This document shows, piece after piece, positions 38,321-48,765 of a stretch of DNA of 64,000 nucleotides. The position numbers were made by a program, and so were the translations under genes. Under the pieces are notes generated by a model. That model was not told where the DNA came from. It saw nothing but the letters and a program-made list of their open reading frames with translations, and made no database searches. Each line of letters starts with the position of its first letter. The first letter of the stretch is position 1. The DNA is from an uncultured Bdellovibrionales bacterium. GTDB lineage: Bacteria > Bdellovibrionota_C > UBA2361 > SZUA-149 > CALKYB01. The stretch is taken from positions 2,131 to 66,130 of the forward strand of contig CAZECN010000001.1 in assembly GCA_964510575.1 (NCBI GenBank), in the 5' to 3' direction.

Positions 38321-39864
38321 CTCTCTCTTAGAAAACTAACTAGCGCTCTTACCGGAAAGCCTGTGGCTCCTTTTTGATAGATGCCTCTTCTTCCATCCAA
38401 AAAGGCAGGTCCTGCAAGGTCAATATGAGCCCAGTCTGTATTGTTAGGAACAAACCTTCTCAAGAACAAAGCTGCAGTAACGGCTCCAGGGCCAGGGTTG
38501 CCAATATTCTTAACATCAGCAATGTCGCTGTTTAGATAAGCATCGTATTCTTCAGCTAAAGGTAAGGGCCATAGGTTATCCCCTGTTTCTTCACCGTGCC
38601 TATGAAGAGCCTCCGCTAAAGTACTTTCATTGCTAAAAAGCCCAGCGTAACGATCTCCAAGAGCTGCCACACATGCCCCCGTCAGAGTTGCGAAGTCTAT
38701 AGTTTTGTCAGCTTTAAGTTTTTTGCTGTAGCAAAATGCATCGGCAAGAATCAGTCTTCCCTCCGCATCTGTATTCAACACTTCTATAGTTTTGCCATCC
38801 ATGGCTTTCACTACATCACCTGGGTGAGTGCTATTAGCGCTGACCATATTTTCACAAGTCGGGACAAGCGCGTGGATTCTGCATTTTGGTTTCGCAGAAG
38901 CTGGTAGTTTAGCGATAGCTTCCATGATTCCCAGTACAGCTCCTGCTCCGCCCATGTCGCACTTCATAGTCATCATACCGCGGCTAGACTTTATGCTAAG
39001 TCCCCCAGAGTCGAAGGTAATGCCTTTTCCAACCAGCGCTATAGTTTCCTTAGCCTTTCTTTTCGGCTTGTAATCCATGTGAATTAGGTAAGGCTCAGTA
39101 GAACTTCCAGCAGTAACTGATAGAAGAGAACCAGCTTTCATTTTCTTTAAAGCTGACTTACCAAAAACCTTAATACTCATTTGAGAACTAGTTCCCCGAG
39201 CAATTTTTTTAGCAGCTTGTACAATCTCTTTAGGACCCATATCTCCCGCAGGAGTATTAACTAAATCTCTAGCAAGGTCTTGACCTGAGTTTATTGCGTA
39301 AGCTTCTTTTACAACTGCTTTTAGTTTTCCTGTGGGCTCTGATTTTAAGGCGATCTCGACAACTCTTTTAGGAGCTTTAGATTTACTCTTTTTGTACAGT
39401 TTGAAGCTATAGCTTCCTATTAGTACACCTTCAGCAACGGCCTTGATGTAGTCTTGTAAGTTTGAATTTTTGATATGAGCTAGGCTCAGACAACTATGCT
39501 GCTCCGAAGATTTAGCCAAGCTAGCGCCCAGCTCTCTTAGTTGTTCTTTGAGTTTGGCTAGGTCCTGGTCCTCTTTTCTGTAGGCAATCAAAGTTATTGA
39601 ACAAGCTTTGGATTTATTCGTAACTAAAACCGTGCAATGCTTGCCCTTACTTGGTTTAAAGTCTTTCTTTTTTAAACCCTTAACTAGCTGGCCATTTAGT
39701 TTGGAGTCTAGTTTTTCGATTGCTTTCCAGGAACTAGAAGCCAATTGGGAGTGGAGCGACTTGCCAGGCTTTTCAGCTGAAAATACCGGAATAACGGTTG
39801 ACTCTGATAGTGTCGATGGGCTTTGTTTAGTAAGTTTGATATCCATATTTAGTAAGTAATTCAT
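38317..39864 (-). CDS. pepA: Leucyl aminopeptidase (M17 family)
   Basis: NTDAEGRLILADAF signature and the metal-ligand context of the M17 C-terminal domain. Confidence 0.9.
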   Translation of the reverse strand: MNYLLNMDIKLTKQSPSTLSESTVIPVFSAEKPGKSLHSQLASSSWKAIEKLDSKLNGQLVKGLKKKDFKPSKGKHCTVLVTNKSKACSITLIAYRKEDQDLAKLKEQLRELGASLAKSSEQHSCLSLAHIKNSNLQDYIKAVAEGVLIGSYSFKLYKKSKSKAPKRVVEIALKSEPTGKLKAVVKEAYAINSGQDLARDLVNTPAGDMGPKEIVQAAKKIARGTSSQMSIKVFGKSALKKMKAGSLLSVTAGSSTEPYLIHMDYKPKRKAKETIALVGKGITFDSGGLSIKSSRGMMTMKCDMGGAGAVLGIMEAIAKLPASAKPKCRIHALVPTCENMVSANSTHPGDVVKAMDGKTIEVLNTDAEGRLILADAFCYSKKLKADKTIDFATLTGACVAALGDRYAGLFSNESTLAEALHRHGEETGDNLWPLPLAEEYDAYLNSDIADVKNIGNPGPGAVTAALFLRRFVPNNTDWAHIDLAGPAFLDGRRGIYQKGATGFPVRALVSFLRES

Positions 39865-39872
39865 TAACTGCC

Positions 39873-40898
39873 ATGAAACAACTCTTTAAAAAATTATCAG
39901 CTGGCCAATCATTAGACGAGGCTGAAACCCTTTCAGTGTTCGAGGGAATGATCGGGAGCGAAGCTGAAATATCAGATGCAATGATAGGCGCTTACTTGAT
40001 GGCGACTGGAGGTAGACTACCCACGGCTGATGAGTTGGTTGGAGGAGCTTCAGCTTTAAGAAAACACATGAACAAAGTCGAGTTAAAAGACTTCGATTTT
40101 GAAGGTGGCGTTGTTGACACCTGTGGTACTGGGGGAAGTGGTTTAGATACATTTAGTGTTTCCACTGCGAGTGCTTTTGTTGTGGCCGGAACCGGTCAAA
40201 AAGTTGCGAAGCATGGTAACAGAGCTTCGACCAGTCGCTCGGGTAGTGCTGACGTGCTGGAAGCCCTCGGGGTTAGGCTAGATATATCCTCTGCTCAAAT
40301 TGCGAAATGCATTGATAAAGCTAATTTTGGATTTATGTTTGCTCCAGGGCATCACCCTGCAACTAAGAGAGTTGTTGGAATACGAAAAGAACTCGGTTTT
40401 AGAACTATCTTTAATTTTCTGGGTCCGCTTTCTAATCCAGCGGGAGCTAGGGCCCAGGTACTAGGAGTTAGCGAGAAAGAGATGTGCCGACCCATGGCGG
40501 AAGCTTTATCGAGACTTGGGGTAGAACGGGCAATGGTAGTACATGGGGAAGATGGCCTCGATGAGATCACTCTTACTGGTAAAAGCTTTATTGCTGAAGT
40601 TAAGCAGAAAAAGATTATTGAATATGAAATATCTCCTGAAGAGTTTGGATTAAATCGAGTAGAGTTTGCTCAAATTCAGGGAGACGTTCCAGAAAACAAC
40701 GCTAAGCGGATTAGAGAAATCCTAAGTGGAGAACCTGGGCCTTATCGTGACTTGATAGTAATAAATGCTGCTGCTGCACTTTATGTTGCAGGTAAGAGTG
40801 AATCACTTAAAGAAGGTGTGGCCACTGCTGGAGTATCAATTGATAGTGAGTGGGCAAAAGGTGTATTAGAAACGGTAATTGAAATAACGAATTCCTAA
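39873..40898 (+). CDS. trpD: Anthranilate phosphoribosyltransferase
   Basis: VDTCGTGGSGLDTFSVSTASAFVVAGTG and NFLGPLSNPA motifs. Confidence 0.9.
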   Translation: MKQLFKKLSAGQSLDEAETLSVFEGMIGSEAEISDAMIGAYLMATGGRLPTADELVGGASALRKHMNKVELKDFDFEGGVVDTCGTGGSGLDTFSVSTASAFVVAGTGQKVAKHGNRASTSRSGSADVLEALGVRLDISSAQIAKCIDKANFGFMFAPGHHPATKRVVGIRKELGFRTIFNFLGPLSNPAGARAQVLGVSEKEMCRPMAEALSRLGVERAMVVHGEDGLDEITLTGKSFIAEVKQKKIIEYEISPEEFGLNRVEFAQIQGDVPENNAKRIREILSGEPGPYRDLIVINAAAALYVAGKSESLKEGVATAGVSIDSEWAKGVLETVIEITNS

Positions 40899-40904
40899 AA
40901 CGAT

Positions 40905-41534
40905 TTGTCACAACCTAAGATAAAAATTTGTGGAATAACTAACTTGGAAGATGCTGAGCTTTCGCTAGAGGCGGGGGCGGCGTTTCTAGGTTTTAATTTT
41001 TATCAGAATTCAAAGCGTTATATCGAGCCAGAGAAAGTAAAGGAAATAGTAGCGGCGCTTCCTTCCGATAAAAAATACTTCGGGGTGTTCGTAAATCATA
41101 GTCGGGAAGAGGTTGTTGAGATTGCAGCAATTTCGGGAATCTCTGGCTTACAGTTCCATGGCGATGAGCCAGACAGTATGCTTGAAGACTGGTCTGAATT
41201 TGAAGTTATAAAAGTCCTCAGGCTTAAGGCCCTTCCCGAAATCTCAAAATTAAAAGCTTTGCTGGAGAAAGCAGATTATCTCTTGTTCGATAGCTTCAGT
41301 GATAAAGAATATGGTGGAACTGGTAAGACTATAGCTGGCGATATACTAGAAGAGCTTACCGATAAAAATATACTACAAAGACTATTTATCGCAGGTGGTG
41401 TTACATCTTCGAACATAAAATCCATTTCAGACTTATCTCCATTCGCCATAGATTTAGCCAGTGGCGTTGAGTCTGACAATCCACGAAAGAAGTCTCTAGA
41501 GAAGATAAAAACCCTATTCAGAAACTTAGAGTAG
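40905..41534 (+). CDS. trpF: Phosphoribosylanthranilate isomerase
   Basis: KICGIT N-terminus, (beta/alpha)8 PRAI pattern, immediately after trpD. Confidence 0.85.
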   Translation: MSQPKIKICGITNLEDAELSLEAGAAFLGFNFYQNSKRYIEPEKVKEIVAALPSDKKYFGVFVNHSREEVVEIAAISGISGLQFHGDEPDSMLEDWSEFEVIKVLRLKALPEISKLKALLEKADYLLFDSFSDKEYGGTGKTIAGDILEELTDKNILQRLFIAGGVTSSNIKSISDLSPFAIDLASGVESDNPRKKSLEKIKTLFRNLE

Positions 41535-41918
41535 AATGAGTACTCGGTCTGTTAAGTCGTTTTTTAGCTCCATATAGATGATTTTCGGCTCAAATTAATG
41601 TATGCTTAATTCATCTTGCTTGAAGTCAGATTACTCTGGCTGGATTTTTTAGGGTGAAAAATTAGGTTGGTTGTCTGTTTTAAAGCGATTTTCTGAACTT
41701 TTTTCATGCCTTCATCGGGCTTAAAGTAAAGTTAAGAGCTTAAAAATAATTGTTACAAAATCAGTCCTAGCTTCATACATCCCGGTGACAACCCGCTGGA
41801 CCATTACGTGGATAATCTCAATTGTAGGGAGGTCGTCCATTTGCAAATTGGAACACTGCCTAAGTAATGGGAAAGCAATGGACCGAAGATTTAATAGTCT
41901 TCGGGAGGGAGAATAAAA

Positions 41919-42365
41919 ATGACTATAGAAATTACTGATAAAGAATTAGTTGAAAAAACTGCAATGGGAGACTTGTCTTCTGCTGAGGTCTTGATTGGCC
42001 GGCATGAAGTTAAAGTTTACTCCATGGCTATGCACTTAACTAGCGACGAAGAAGAGGCTGCAAGGGTTACAGAGCAGGTTTTCGTTCAGTTGATTAGTAA
42101 TATAGTTGAAGGAACTCAAGAAGAATTCGAGAACATGTTGCACCGCGTAACTTATGAGTTCGCGATTGCCAGTTTGCTAGGCAGAGTGGAGCAGCATACT
42201 CGTGACGTCAGAGCGCTTTGTGAAAATATCACAGGGATGGAGCTAATTGATAGTCACTATGAAGAAACTGGAGACCCTCTTCAAGAGGCTCGCTGGAGAT
42301 TGATGGATTCAGGGGACAATCTGGATGCTACTGATGATGCTCTAGAAATTATCGAAACAGATTAA
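41919..42365 (+). CDS. Protein with only a sigma-70 region 2 domain (ECF-sigma N-terminal homologue lacking region 4)
   Basis: LVEKTAMGDLSSAEVLIGRHEVKVYSMAMHLTSDEEEAARVTEQVFVQLISNI matches the ECF sigma region 2.1-2.2 pattern. The acidic C-terminal half has no HTH. Followed by a strong terminator. Confidence 0.4.
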   Translation: MTIEITDKELVEKTAMGDLSSAEVLIGRHEVKVYSMAMHLTSDEEEAARVTEQVFVQLISNIVEGTQEEFENMLHRVTYEFAIASLLGRVEQHTRDVRALCENITGMELIDSHYEETGDPLQEARWRLMDSGDNLDATDDALEIIETD

Positions 42366-42394
42366 GTAAATATCAAATATATCAAATTCCTTTT

Positions 42395-42428
42395 AAACCC
42401 GGCTTTTAGTTTTAAGCCGGGTTTTTTT
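42395..42428 (+). terminator. Rho-independent terminator
   Basis: AAACCCGGCTT-TTAGTTTT-AAGCCGGGTTTTTTT. Confidence 0.8.
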
Positions 42429-42559
42429 AGTTTGAACGTTTAGCTGGAGATTTGGTGCTGATTCGTTGACCAGCGGGTTCTTTACTTCTATCGGTTTCGG
42501 GTATAGTTTTCTGCCGTATTTCAATAAGAAATCTCGATTTATTTAGAAAGGAATTTGAA

Positions 42560-43078
42560 ATGAACAAGTCTAATCAGAGTATTACTTTTAAAGGTAACCC
42601 AACCCCGGTTCATGGCAGTCAAGTTAGCGAAGGGGAGAAAGCTCCTGGTTTTAAACTAACTGGAAACGACATGGCTGATGTCCAGCTTACGGACTACGAC
42701 GGTAAGGTACTGGTTCTTCTATCTGTGCCTAGTGTTGAAACTCCAGTTTGTCAGACCGAGACTCGACGTTTCAATGAACTAGCGACAGACTTGTCTGATG
42801 ATATCAAAGTTCTAGCCGTAAGCGTCGACCTACCTTTTGCTCAAAAGCGTTGGTGTGGAGCTGAGGGAATTGAAGCAGTTAAGACTGCCAGTGATTATAA
42901 ATACAGAAAGTTTCAAGAAGACTATGGAGTTTATGCTTCTGATTTAGGTCTTCTAGCGCGTGCTGTTTTTGTTATTGGTAAAGATGGTAACGTTAAGCAC
43001 GTTGAATACGTTGGCGAAATTGCTGAAGAGCCTAACTACGATGCTGCACTTGAAGCTGCCAAGGGAGCTCTTAACTAG
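42560..43078 (+). CDS. tpx: Thiol peroxidase (atypical 2-Cys peroxiredoxin)
   Basis: VLLSVPSVETPVCQTETRRFNE is the Tpx peroxidatic-Cys motif. 172 aa. Confidence 0.85.
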   Translation: MNKSNQSITFKGNPTPVHGSQVSEGEKAPGFKLTGNDMADVQLTDYDGKVLVLLSVPSVETPVCQTETRRFNELATDLSDDIKVLAVSVDLPFAQKRWCGAEGIEAVKTASDYKYRKFQEDYGVYASDLGLLARAVFVIGKDGNVKHVEYVGEIAEEPNYDAALEAAKGALN

Positions 43079-43257
43079 TTGAAACCTTACTAGTTCCTCC
43101 AATGTTGGAGGTTTAACTGGAACTCCATTATATTGCCTTAAACTTTATAAGAGTAGACAGGCTTTAGGTTACAGGAATGGGTGATCAGAGTTTAAAAACT
43201 TTGGTCACCCATTTTTTGTTTTTTTGGCAGACTTCGCCCTTACCTGAGGAAATACCA

Positions 43258-43887
43258 ATGAAAGTTTTTCTTTCGATTTGCCTAGTCGCAGTTTGTTTTA
43301 GTGTTTTTAACCCAGCTTTAGCTTCAGAGGTTCAGTGTCAGGAACCTAAAGTAAATATAAATACCGGCTCAGATACTAGTCCAGAGCAGGCTATCAATCT
43401 GGAATCGGAAATAATTAAATTGTCAAAAGTGCTCTGCCAAGAAGGTCTAGAAATTTATTATAAAATGGTCTCAAATCTCTCTATTGATTTCGTAAATAGA
43501 AAAACGGCATTTTGTGGCACTTTTCATAGTGAACCTGACCCGAATGGTAAATCTAAAACGACGTTACTCATTGACAATAGATATGTTTGGAGCGCCGCTG
43601 ACTTGAGTAGATGTTTTGTTAATATTCTAGAGGGAGCGAAGTTCCTTTCCGCAGGTGGCGATCAGAGGAATACTTGTTCACTCGCTGAATTAGCCGTAAA
43701 AAAAGTAGATTTCTATTCCGATATCTATAAAGGCTTTAAGCTGACTTACCCAGAAGATGAGCTGAATATGGAGACCTTTGCTTATCACTCAATGCATATG
43801 CAAACTAATAAAATTGACTCAGAGATTTTGTGTAATGATTTTAAAGATCGACGACGGCCACCTAAAAAGAGCGGCTTAGAGATTTAG
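43258..43887 (+). CDS. Secreted Cys-containing hypothetical protein
   Basis: The signal peptide MKVFLSICLVAVCFSVFNPALASEV follows the RBS GAGGAAA. The track ORF starts earlier at 43177. Confidence 0.45.
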   Translation: MKVFLSICLVAVCFSVFNPALASEVQCQEPKVNINTGSDTSPEQAINLESEIIKLSKVLCQEGLEIYYKMVSNLSIDFVNRKTAFCGTFHSEPDPNGKSKTTLLIDNRYVWSAADLSRCFVNILEGAKFLSAGGDQRNTCSLAELAVKKVDFYSDIYKGFKLTYPEDELNMETFAYHSMHMQTNKIDSEILCNDFKDRRRPPKKSGLEI

Positions 43888-44165
43888 ATCAAGAATCGAG
43901 TAATCAGGTTTAATCTAACCAACTGTTTTCAGCCTGCCTACTCGATTCCAACCTTTTTGGAAGCCATGAATTTAAGCTTCTTAATAATCCTTTTAAAACA
44001 GAAAACGCCATTTTCGCCTAGATTCAGTCTAATTCCATTAGTCTTTAAAGCTGTTTTTTTGAAGCTGTCTATTTAGTTGTCCTTAGTTTTTTCCGATAAT
44101 TATCTTATTCCAAATCTTTTTGATTTAAGTTGAGCAACTTTGTTTTGTGAAAAAGGTATTATCGC

Positions 44166-44639
44166 ATGGATAAAATGCTATTTCGCCTAGAGATGAATTT
44201 CTACTTAGGTAATGTCAGCGCTTCGCTTGAAATAGAACCCAATCTGTTTTCTAAGTTATTTGAAGAACGAGATGAGCTAATCGAAGAAGACCCAGATCTC
44301 TGGGAAGAACAAGCTATTGAGGATGTTTTTTCTGAGCACCGGTTTGAACTAATTAATAGCATGGCTTCGGTTAAACTTGATGATAGTTTGGATGCGAAAT
44401 CAAGTGGCAACGTATTAGTTAGAACTATCGTTTCCAGGCAAACGCCTGAGATTTACGCTACTCTATTGATTCAATTAGGTTTTCTAGAAGAGAGTGTTGG
44501 TTTTGATTCGGAAAATCCTTTTGCTCAATACGACCCTCGACGATGGGAGAGTTCAATAGACTTACTGGACTTGGGGTCAATGATAATAACACGACAAACC
44601 CAAACTGAGTCAGGGTCACTAGTCTCATTTGAACTTTAA
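44166..44639 (+). CDS. Acidic hypothetical protein
   Basis: 157 aa ORF with no recognisable motifs. Confidence 0.3.
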   Translation: MDKMLFRLEMNFYLGNVSASLEIEPNLFSKLFEERDELIEEDPDLWEEQAIEDVFSEHRFELINSMASVKLDDSLDAKSSGNVLVRTIVSRQTPEIYATLLIQLGFLEESVGFDSENPFAQYDPRRWESSIDLLDLGSMIITRQTQTESGSLVSFEL

Positions 44640-44826
44640 GAAATTAAGATTTCACTTCGCTGTTTTGTTTACAAACCTTCATTTTAGATTAGCTCTAAGT
44701 CTTTAAAACCAGTTAATTATTTTGGTCTGATTTACTTCATTAAGGATTTTTCTTATTCTTAAGGCAGGCTTTGAGGAGCCTTAAGTATTTAAAATGTCTA
44801 CGTAGTACCCCTTCTTGGAGTAAAAG

Positions 44827-45768
44827 ATGAAAATAATAGAGCGCCTAATATTTACAATTATTCTAGCCTCTTCACCAGTCTTCGCTTTCGATCAGACTAA
44901 TTGTGTGCCTTTCGGGGGATCGGGCTTTTTCAAGCCCCGTGATGCGCGTTCTGCTGTGTTTGTTCAAAAGTTACGAGTTATTACTCCTAATGTGAATGCA
45001 GAGGTGTTTTTAAGAAATAATCTTGCCTGGCAAGACAAGGTTGGAGTCGCCTTTAATCGTTTAGAAACCCTGACCATGGAGCTTGAAACAAAAACAACCT
45101 GGTCCCCATGGATTAACGAACAGGGACTTGTGTTTTTCAGAGGCATTGAGTTTTTGTCCTGTCGAAAAAGGGACACTGATGAAAGCTGCATTCAGGACTG
45201 GCGCGCACGCCAGGAGATCAATCAAACTTTACTTGATACCGGAGCCTATCTCTCCGAGATAACTGCGAATGTTAGGCTTGTTGATTATGCGGACTTTTTT
45301 AAGGATTACAATCAAAGACGTCTGGATAATGGGCAACCATATCCCTTTGGTACTTTAGCAAGCTGTCACACCGGCTCCGATGGTAACGCCCCTTTTATGG
45401 GGATCAATTTTGAATTTATCCGGAGTTTGACACTTAGTGGTAATAGAGAAAAGTCGTTTTCCGACGAAGGTTTAACAACCAACAATAGGAATAACCAGCA
45501 CGTATTTTTATCTCAAGCTGAAGGAAGTTTATCCGAGACCGCTGGAGCTAATGCCATTATGACAGGGACACTGAGTAATGGTTTGCCCTGGGAATGGTCA
45601 GCTTTAGGTACTCCTTCCGGTAAATTTGCGCTAAGAAACCTTCGTGATTCTGAAGGTAGCTTTGTGGACTGGAGGGTCAATAAATCCCTTTACCAGGATG
45701 GCACTTCTTCCGTGACACTGGAAAGAGCTACTATAAGAAATGTTGCCAGCATGTACTTGGAAGAGTAG
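44827..45768 (+). CDS. Secreted hypothetical protein
   Basis: Signal peptide MKIIERLIFTIILASSPVFAFD. 313 aa. Followed by a strong terminator. Confidence 0.5.
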   Translation: MKIIERLIFTIILASSPVFAFDQTNCVPFGGSGFFKPRDARSAVFVQKLRVITPNVNAEVFLRNNLAWQDKVGVAFNRLETLTMELETKTTWSPWINEQGLVFFRGIEFLSCRKRDTDESCIQDWRARQEINQTLLDTGAYLSEITANVRLVDYADFFKDYNQRRLDNGQPYPFGTLASCHTGSDGNAPFMGINFEFIRSLTLSGNREKSFSDEGLTTNNRNNQHVFLSQAEGSLSETAGANAIMTGTLSNGLPWEWSALGTPSGKFALRNLRDSEGSFVDWRVNKSLYQDGTSSVTLERATIRNVASMYLEE

Positions 45769-45780
45769 GTTTGGCCAAGC

Positions 45781-45816
45781 GAGGCAAAGCCGAGCCGACT
45801 TTGCCTCCTTTTTTGT
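45781..45816. terminator. Rho-independent terminator, probably serving convergent genes
   Basis: GAGGCAAAGC-CGAGCCGA-CTTTGCCTC followed by CTTTTTTG. It sits between the 44827 gene (+) and trpA (-). Confidence 0.75.
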
Positions 45817-45871
45817 AGGTCTTTGACTTTCTAGCCTGCGTTCAAGACCCTGTCTTAATAGTAAATTCGAA

Positions 45872-46663
45872 TCACTTTTTTGATAGAATTTGGATAAATT
45901 TTGAGACTTCGGTTAGCGGATTTTTACTTTCTTTAATCACGTTAATAACAGCACTTCCTACAATTGCAATTTCGGCATTCCCTTGTAGTTGCTGGATGTG
46001 AGCGCGTTCAGAAATTCCGAAACCAAGAGCTCGAGGTACTGGAAAGTGTTTCTTTACATTTTCCAGATAAGAAGGAAGTTCTTCTGGCAGCTTATCTCGC
46101 GCACCAGTTGTTCCTGTAGTTGATACGCAATAGACAAAAGGTGCGGAAGTTGAATTGCTAGCAATTTGCTTCATACGAGTTTCAGAAGTTATTGGGGAGA
46201 CTAGAGGAATCACTGGTAAACTTTCAGATTCACATTCAGTGAAAAAACTATCTTTAGACTCTCCTGGAGTAATATCTGGAACAATTAAACCCTCACAACC
46301 GGCATCTGACGCAGCTTTGGCAAAGCCTTTCTGATTTAAAACCAGATTGTAGTAGCTCATAAACAATAGTGGAGTATCTATTTTGCTTGAAAGCTTGGAC
46401 ATAGCATCTAAGCAATGCAAAGGAGTGACTCCCTCAGCTAGAGCATGCTCACAAGCTCCCATAATACTTGGGCCATCAGCCATGGGGTCAGAAAAAGGAA
46501 TTTGAAGTTCTATGATCGCCGCCCCGTTCTCGGCCATGATTTGAACAAGCTCAATGCTTTTTTCAAGACTTGGGTAACCCAAGACTACATGGGTCATCAA
46601 GGCCGGGTAGTCTCCAGGCTTGATTGTCGCCAATGATTTTTCTAAGCGAGACTTAGTTGCCAC
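45872..46663 (-). CDS. trpA: Tryptophan synthase alpha chain
   Basis: TIM-barrel TrpA pattern (MSYYNLVL, GFGISE) immediately downstream of trpB. Confidence 0.9.
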   Translation of the reverse strand: MATKSRLEKSLATIKPGDYPALMTHVVLGYPSLEKSIELVQIMAENGAAIIELQIPFSDPMADGPSIMGACEHALAEGVTPLHCLDAMSKLSSKIDTPLLFMSYYNLVLNQKGFAKAASDAGCEGLIVPDITPGESKDSFFTECESESLPVIPLVSPITSETRMKQIASNSTSAPFVYCVSTTGTTGARDKLPEELPSYLENVKKHFPVPRALGFGISERAHIQQLQGNAEIAIVGSAVINVIKESKNPLTEVSKFIQILSKK

Positions 46664-47909
46664 CTTCTTTCAACTCCTCAGCATACCGTTCAATAAACTC
46701 TCGGAAACTATTACTTGAGAGATGTCTGCCGAATATAAACAAGTCTTTCTCGCCTCGACCGGACAAATTAACGACGATAGTCTTGTCGGTAGCCAAGCTA
46801 GGTGCAAGCCTTATAGCTTCAACCAATCCATGAGCTGATTCGAGAGCTGACAGAATACCCTCTGTTTCGGCCAGGGTTTTCACAGATTCAAGTACTTCCT
46901 TGTCTGTGGCTGAGGTGTACTTAACTCGCCCTTGGTCATGAAGAAAAGCATGGAGTGGCCCTATACCCGCATAGTCCAGTCCGGCGGAAATACTTACTGT
47001 ATCCTGAACTTGTCCATGCTCGTCTTGCAGCCAATACGATTTATAGCCTTCAACTACGCCTACACGTCCACCTTGAAATCTTGCGGCATGTTGACCGACC
47101 TCAGGGCCTTGGCCACCAGCTTCAACGCCAATTAGTTGCACAGACTCTTCATCAAGAAACTCGTTGAAAGCACCAATTGCATTACTTCCACCACCTACAC
47201 AGGCAATGACGTAGTCAGGTAGTGTGCCCTCTTGCTCAGCAAGCTGATTTTTTATCTCTTCACCAACCACTTTTTGAAAGTAGCGATTAATCTCCGGAAA
47301 GGGATGAGGTCCCAAACAAGAGCCTAGTAAATAGTGAGAATCTCGAACATTGGTTATCCAGTCTTTTAGAGCTGCGTTTACGGCGTCTTTCAGTCTCTTC
47401 CCGCCGTGGTGAACTGGAGTGACCTGAGCGCCAAGAGTTTCCATCCAAAACACATTCGGTCTTTGACGATCTGCGTCTCTTGCTCCCATATAAACATGGC
47501 AGTCCATCCCATATCGAGCACAGACAGAAGAAGTTGCCAGTCCATGCTGCCCAGCACCAGTTTCAGCAACGATTCTTTTCTTCCCCATGCGTTTAGCTAG
47601 TAGTATTTGCCCAACGCAGTGATTGATCTTGTGCGCTCCAGTATGAGCGAGACCTTCATTTTTTAAATATATCTTTGCCCCACCTAGTTTTTTACTAAGG
47701 TTCTCCAGGTAGCAAAGGGGGGTTGGTCGCCCAATATAGTTTTTCTGAGCCTCTTTAAGCTCTTCGATAAACCCAGGGTCTTTTTTAGCCGACTCGAAAC
47801 ACTCTTCCAGCTCTTCAAGAGCAGGTATAAGAACCTCAGGGGCGTAGCGACCGCCATACTCTCCGTAGTAGCCGTATTGGTCAGGCTTGTATTTTTTACT
47901 CTCTGCCAC
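46653..47909 (-). CDS. trpB: Tryptophan synthase beta chain
   Basis: LAHTGAHKINHCVGQILLAKRMGKKRIVAETGAGQHG (PLP Lys) and GGGSNAIG motifs. Confidence 0.95.
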   Translation of the reverse strand: MAESKKYKPDQYGYYGEYGGRYAPEVLIPALEELEECFESAKKDPGFIEELKEAQKNYIGRPTPLCYLENLSKKLGGAKIYLKNEGLAHTGAHKINHCVGQILLAKRMGKKRIVAETGAGQHGLATSSVCARYGMDCHVYMGARDADRQRPNVFWMETLGAQVTPVHHGGKRLKDAVNAALKDWITNVRDSHYLLGSCLGPHPFPEINRYFQKVVGEEIKNQLAEQEGTLPDYVIACVGGGSNAIGAFNEFLDEESVQLIGVEAGGQGPEVGQHAARFQGGRVGVVEGYKSYWLQDEHGQVQDTVSISAGLDYAGIGPLHAFLHDQGRVKYTSATDKEVLESVKTLAETEGILSALESAHGLVEAIRLAPSLATDKTIVVNLSGRGEKDLFIFGRHLSSNSFREFIERYAEELKEGGN

Positions 47910-48765
47910 TGTCTTTACCGTCTTCCAGATTTGAATTTTCTTGGCATGTTTCTATCAATCTTTTCAGCAGATCAGGTTCCCTCATTAGAGATTCTCCAAT
48001 AAGAAATCCCTTCGCGCCAGCCTCGCTTAGTTCAGCGATATCGGAAGGCTCGAAGATACCTGATTCAGAGACCACAGCAAGGCTCAAGTCTGAAATCTTC
48101 TGCTGATTATTAGCAATTAAGGTCTTAGTAACCCCTAGAGAGGTTTCAAAGGTACTAAGATTTCTATTGTTGATTCCAAGGAGGACTCTATCGGAAAAAT
48201 CCGGAATAGCATGTTTTAAAGTTAGTTGCTCTAGTGCTTCAAAAGCTGAATCCATTTCATCTTGATTATGAACTTCAAGAAGAACATCTAGATTCAACCT
48301 CAGTGATTCTTGAAGTAGGCTGCAGAGTTTTTCGGTATCCAGAGCAGCAGCGATTAGAAGAACAGCATCGGCACCACTGACTCTAGCTTCTAAAATTTGT
48401 AAAGGATCGATAATAAAATCTTTTCTTAAAGCAGGAATTGAGCACTCTGCATCTATCTCCTTTAGAAAGTTGAGATCTCCTTGAAAATAATCTTTATCAG
48501 TTAGAACTGAAATACAAGCTGCGCCATCGCTCTCGTATTTTTTGGCTATTTTTATATGGTCAAAGTCTTCTAGAATCACTCCTTTTGATGGAGATGCTTT
48601 TTTTACCTCGGCTATAATTGCTGGTTCTTGGCTAGAGAGAAGCGAACGAACGAAATTCTTGGGAGCAGGTAAGCCGTTCAATTTAGCCTTAAGATCTGAT
48701 TCGAGGGTTTTAAGCTCTAAACATTCCGTCTGCTTAGTTTTAAGTATTTTTTCTAGAATAGACAT
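47896..48765 (-). CDS. trpC: Indole-3-glycerol phosphate synthase
   Basis: IAEVKKASPSKG and ILLIAAAL patterns of IGPS. Overlaps trpB by 14 nt. Confidence 0.9.
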   Translation of the reverse strand: MSILEKILKTKQTECLELKTLESDLKAKLNGLPAPKNFVRSLLSSQEPAIIAEVKKASPSKGVILEDFDHIKIAKKYESDGAACISVLTDKDYFQGDLNFLKEIDAECSIPALRKDFIIDPLQILEARVSGADAVLLIAAALDTEKLCSLLQESLRLNLDVLLEVHNQDEMDSAFEALEQLTLKHAIPDFSDRVLLGINNRNLSTFETSLGVTKTLIANNQQKISDLSLAVVSESGIFEPSDIAELSEAGAKGFLIGESLMREPDLLKRLIETCQENSNLEDGKDSGRE

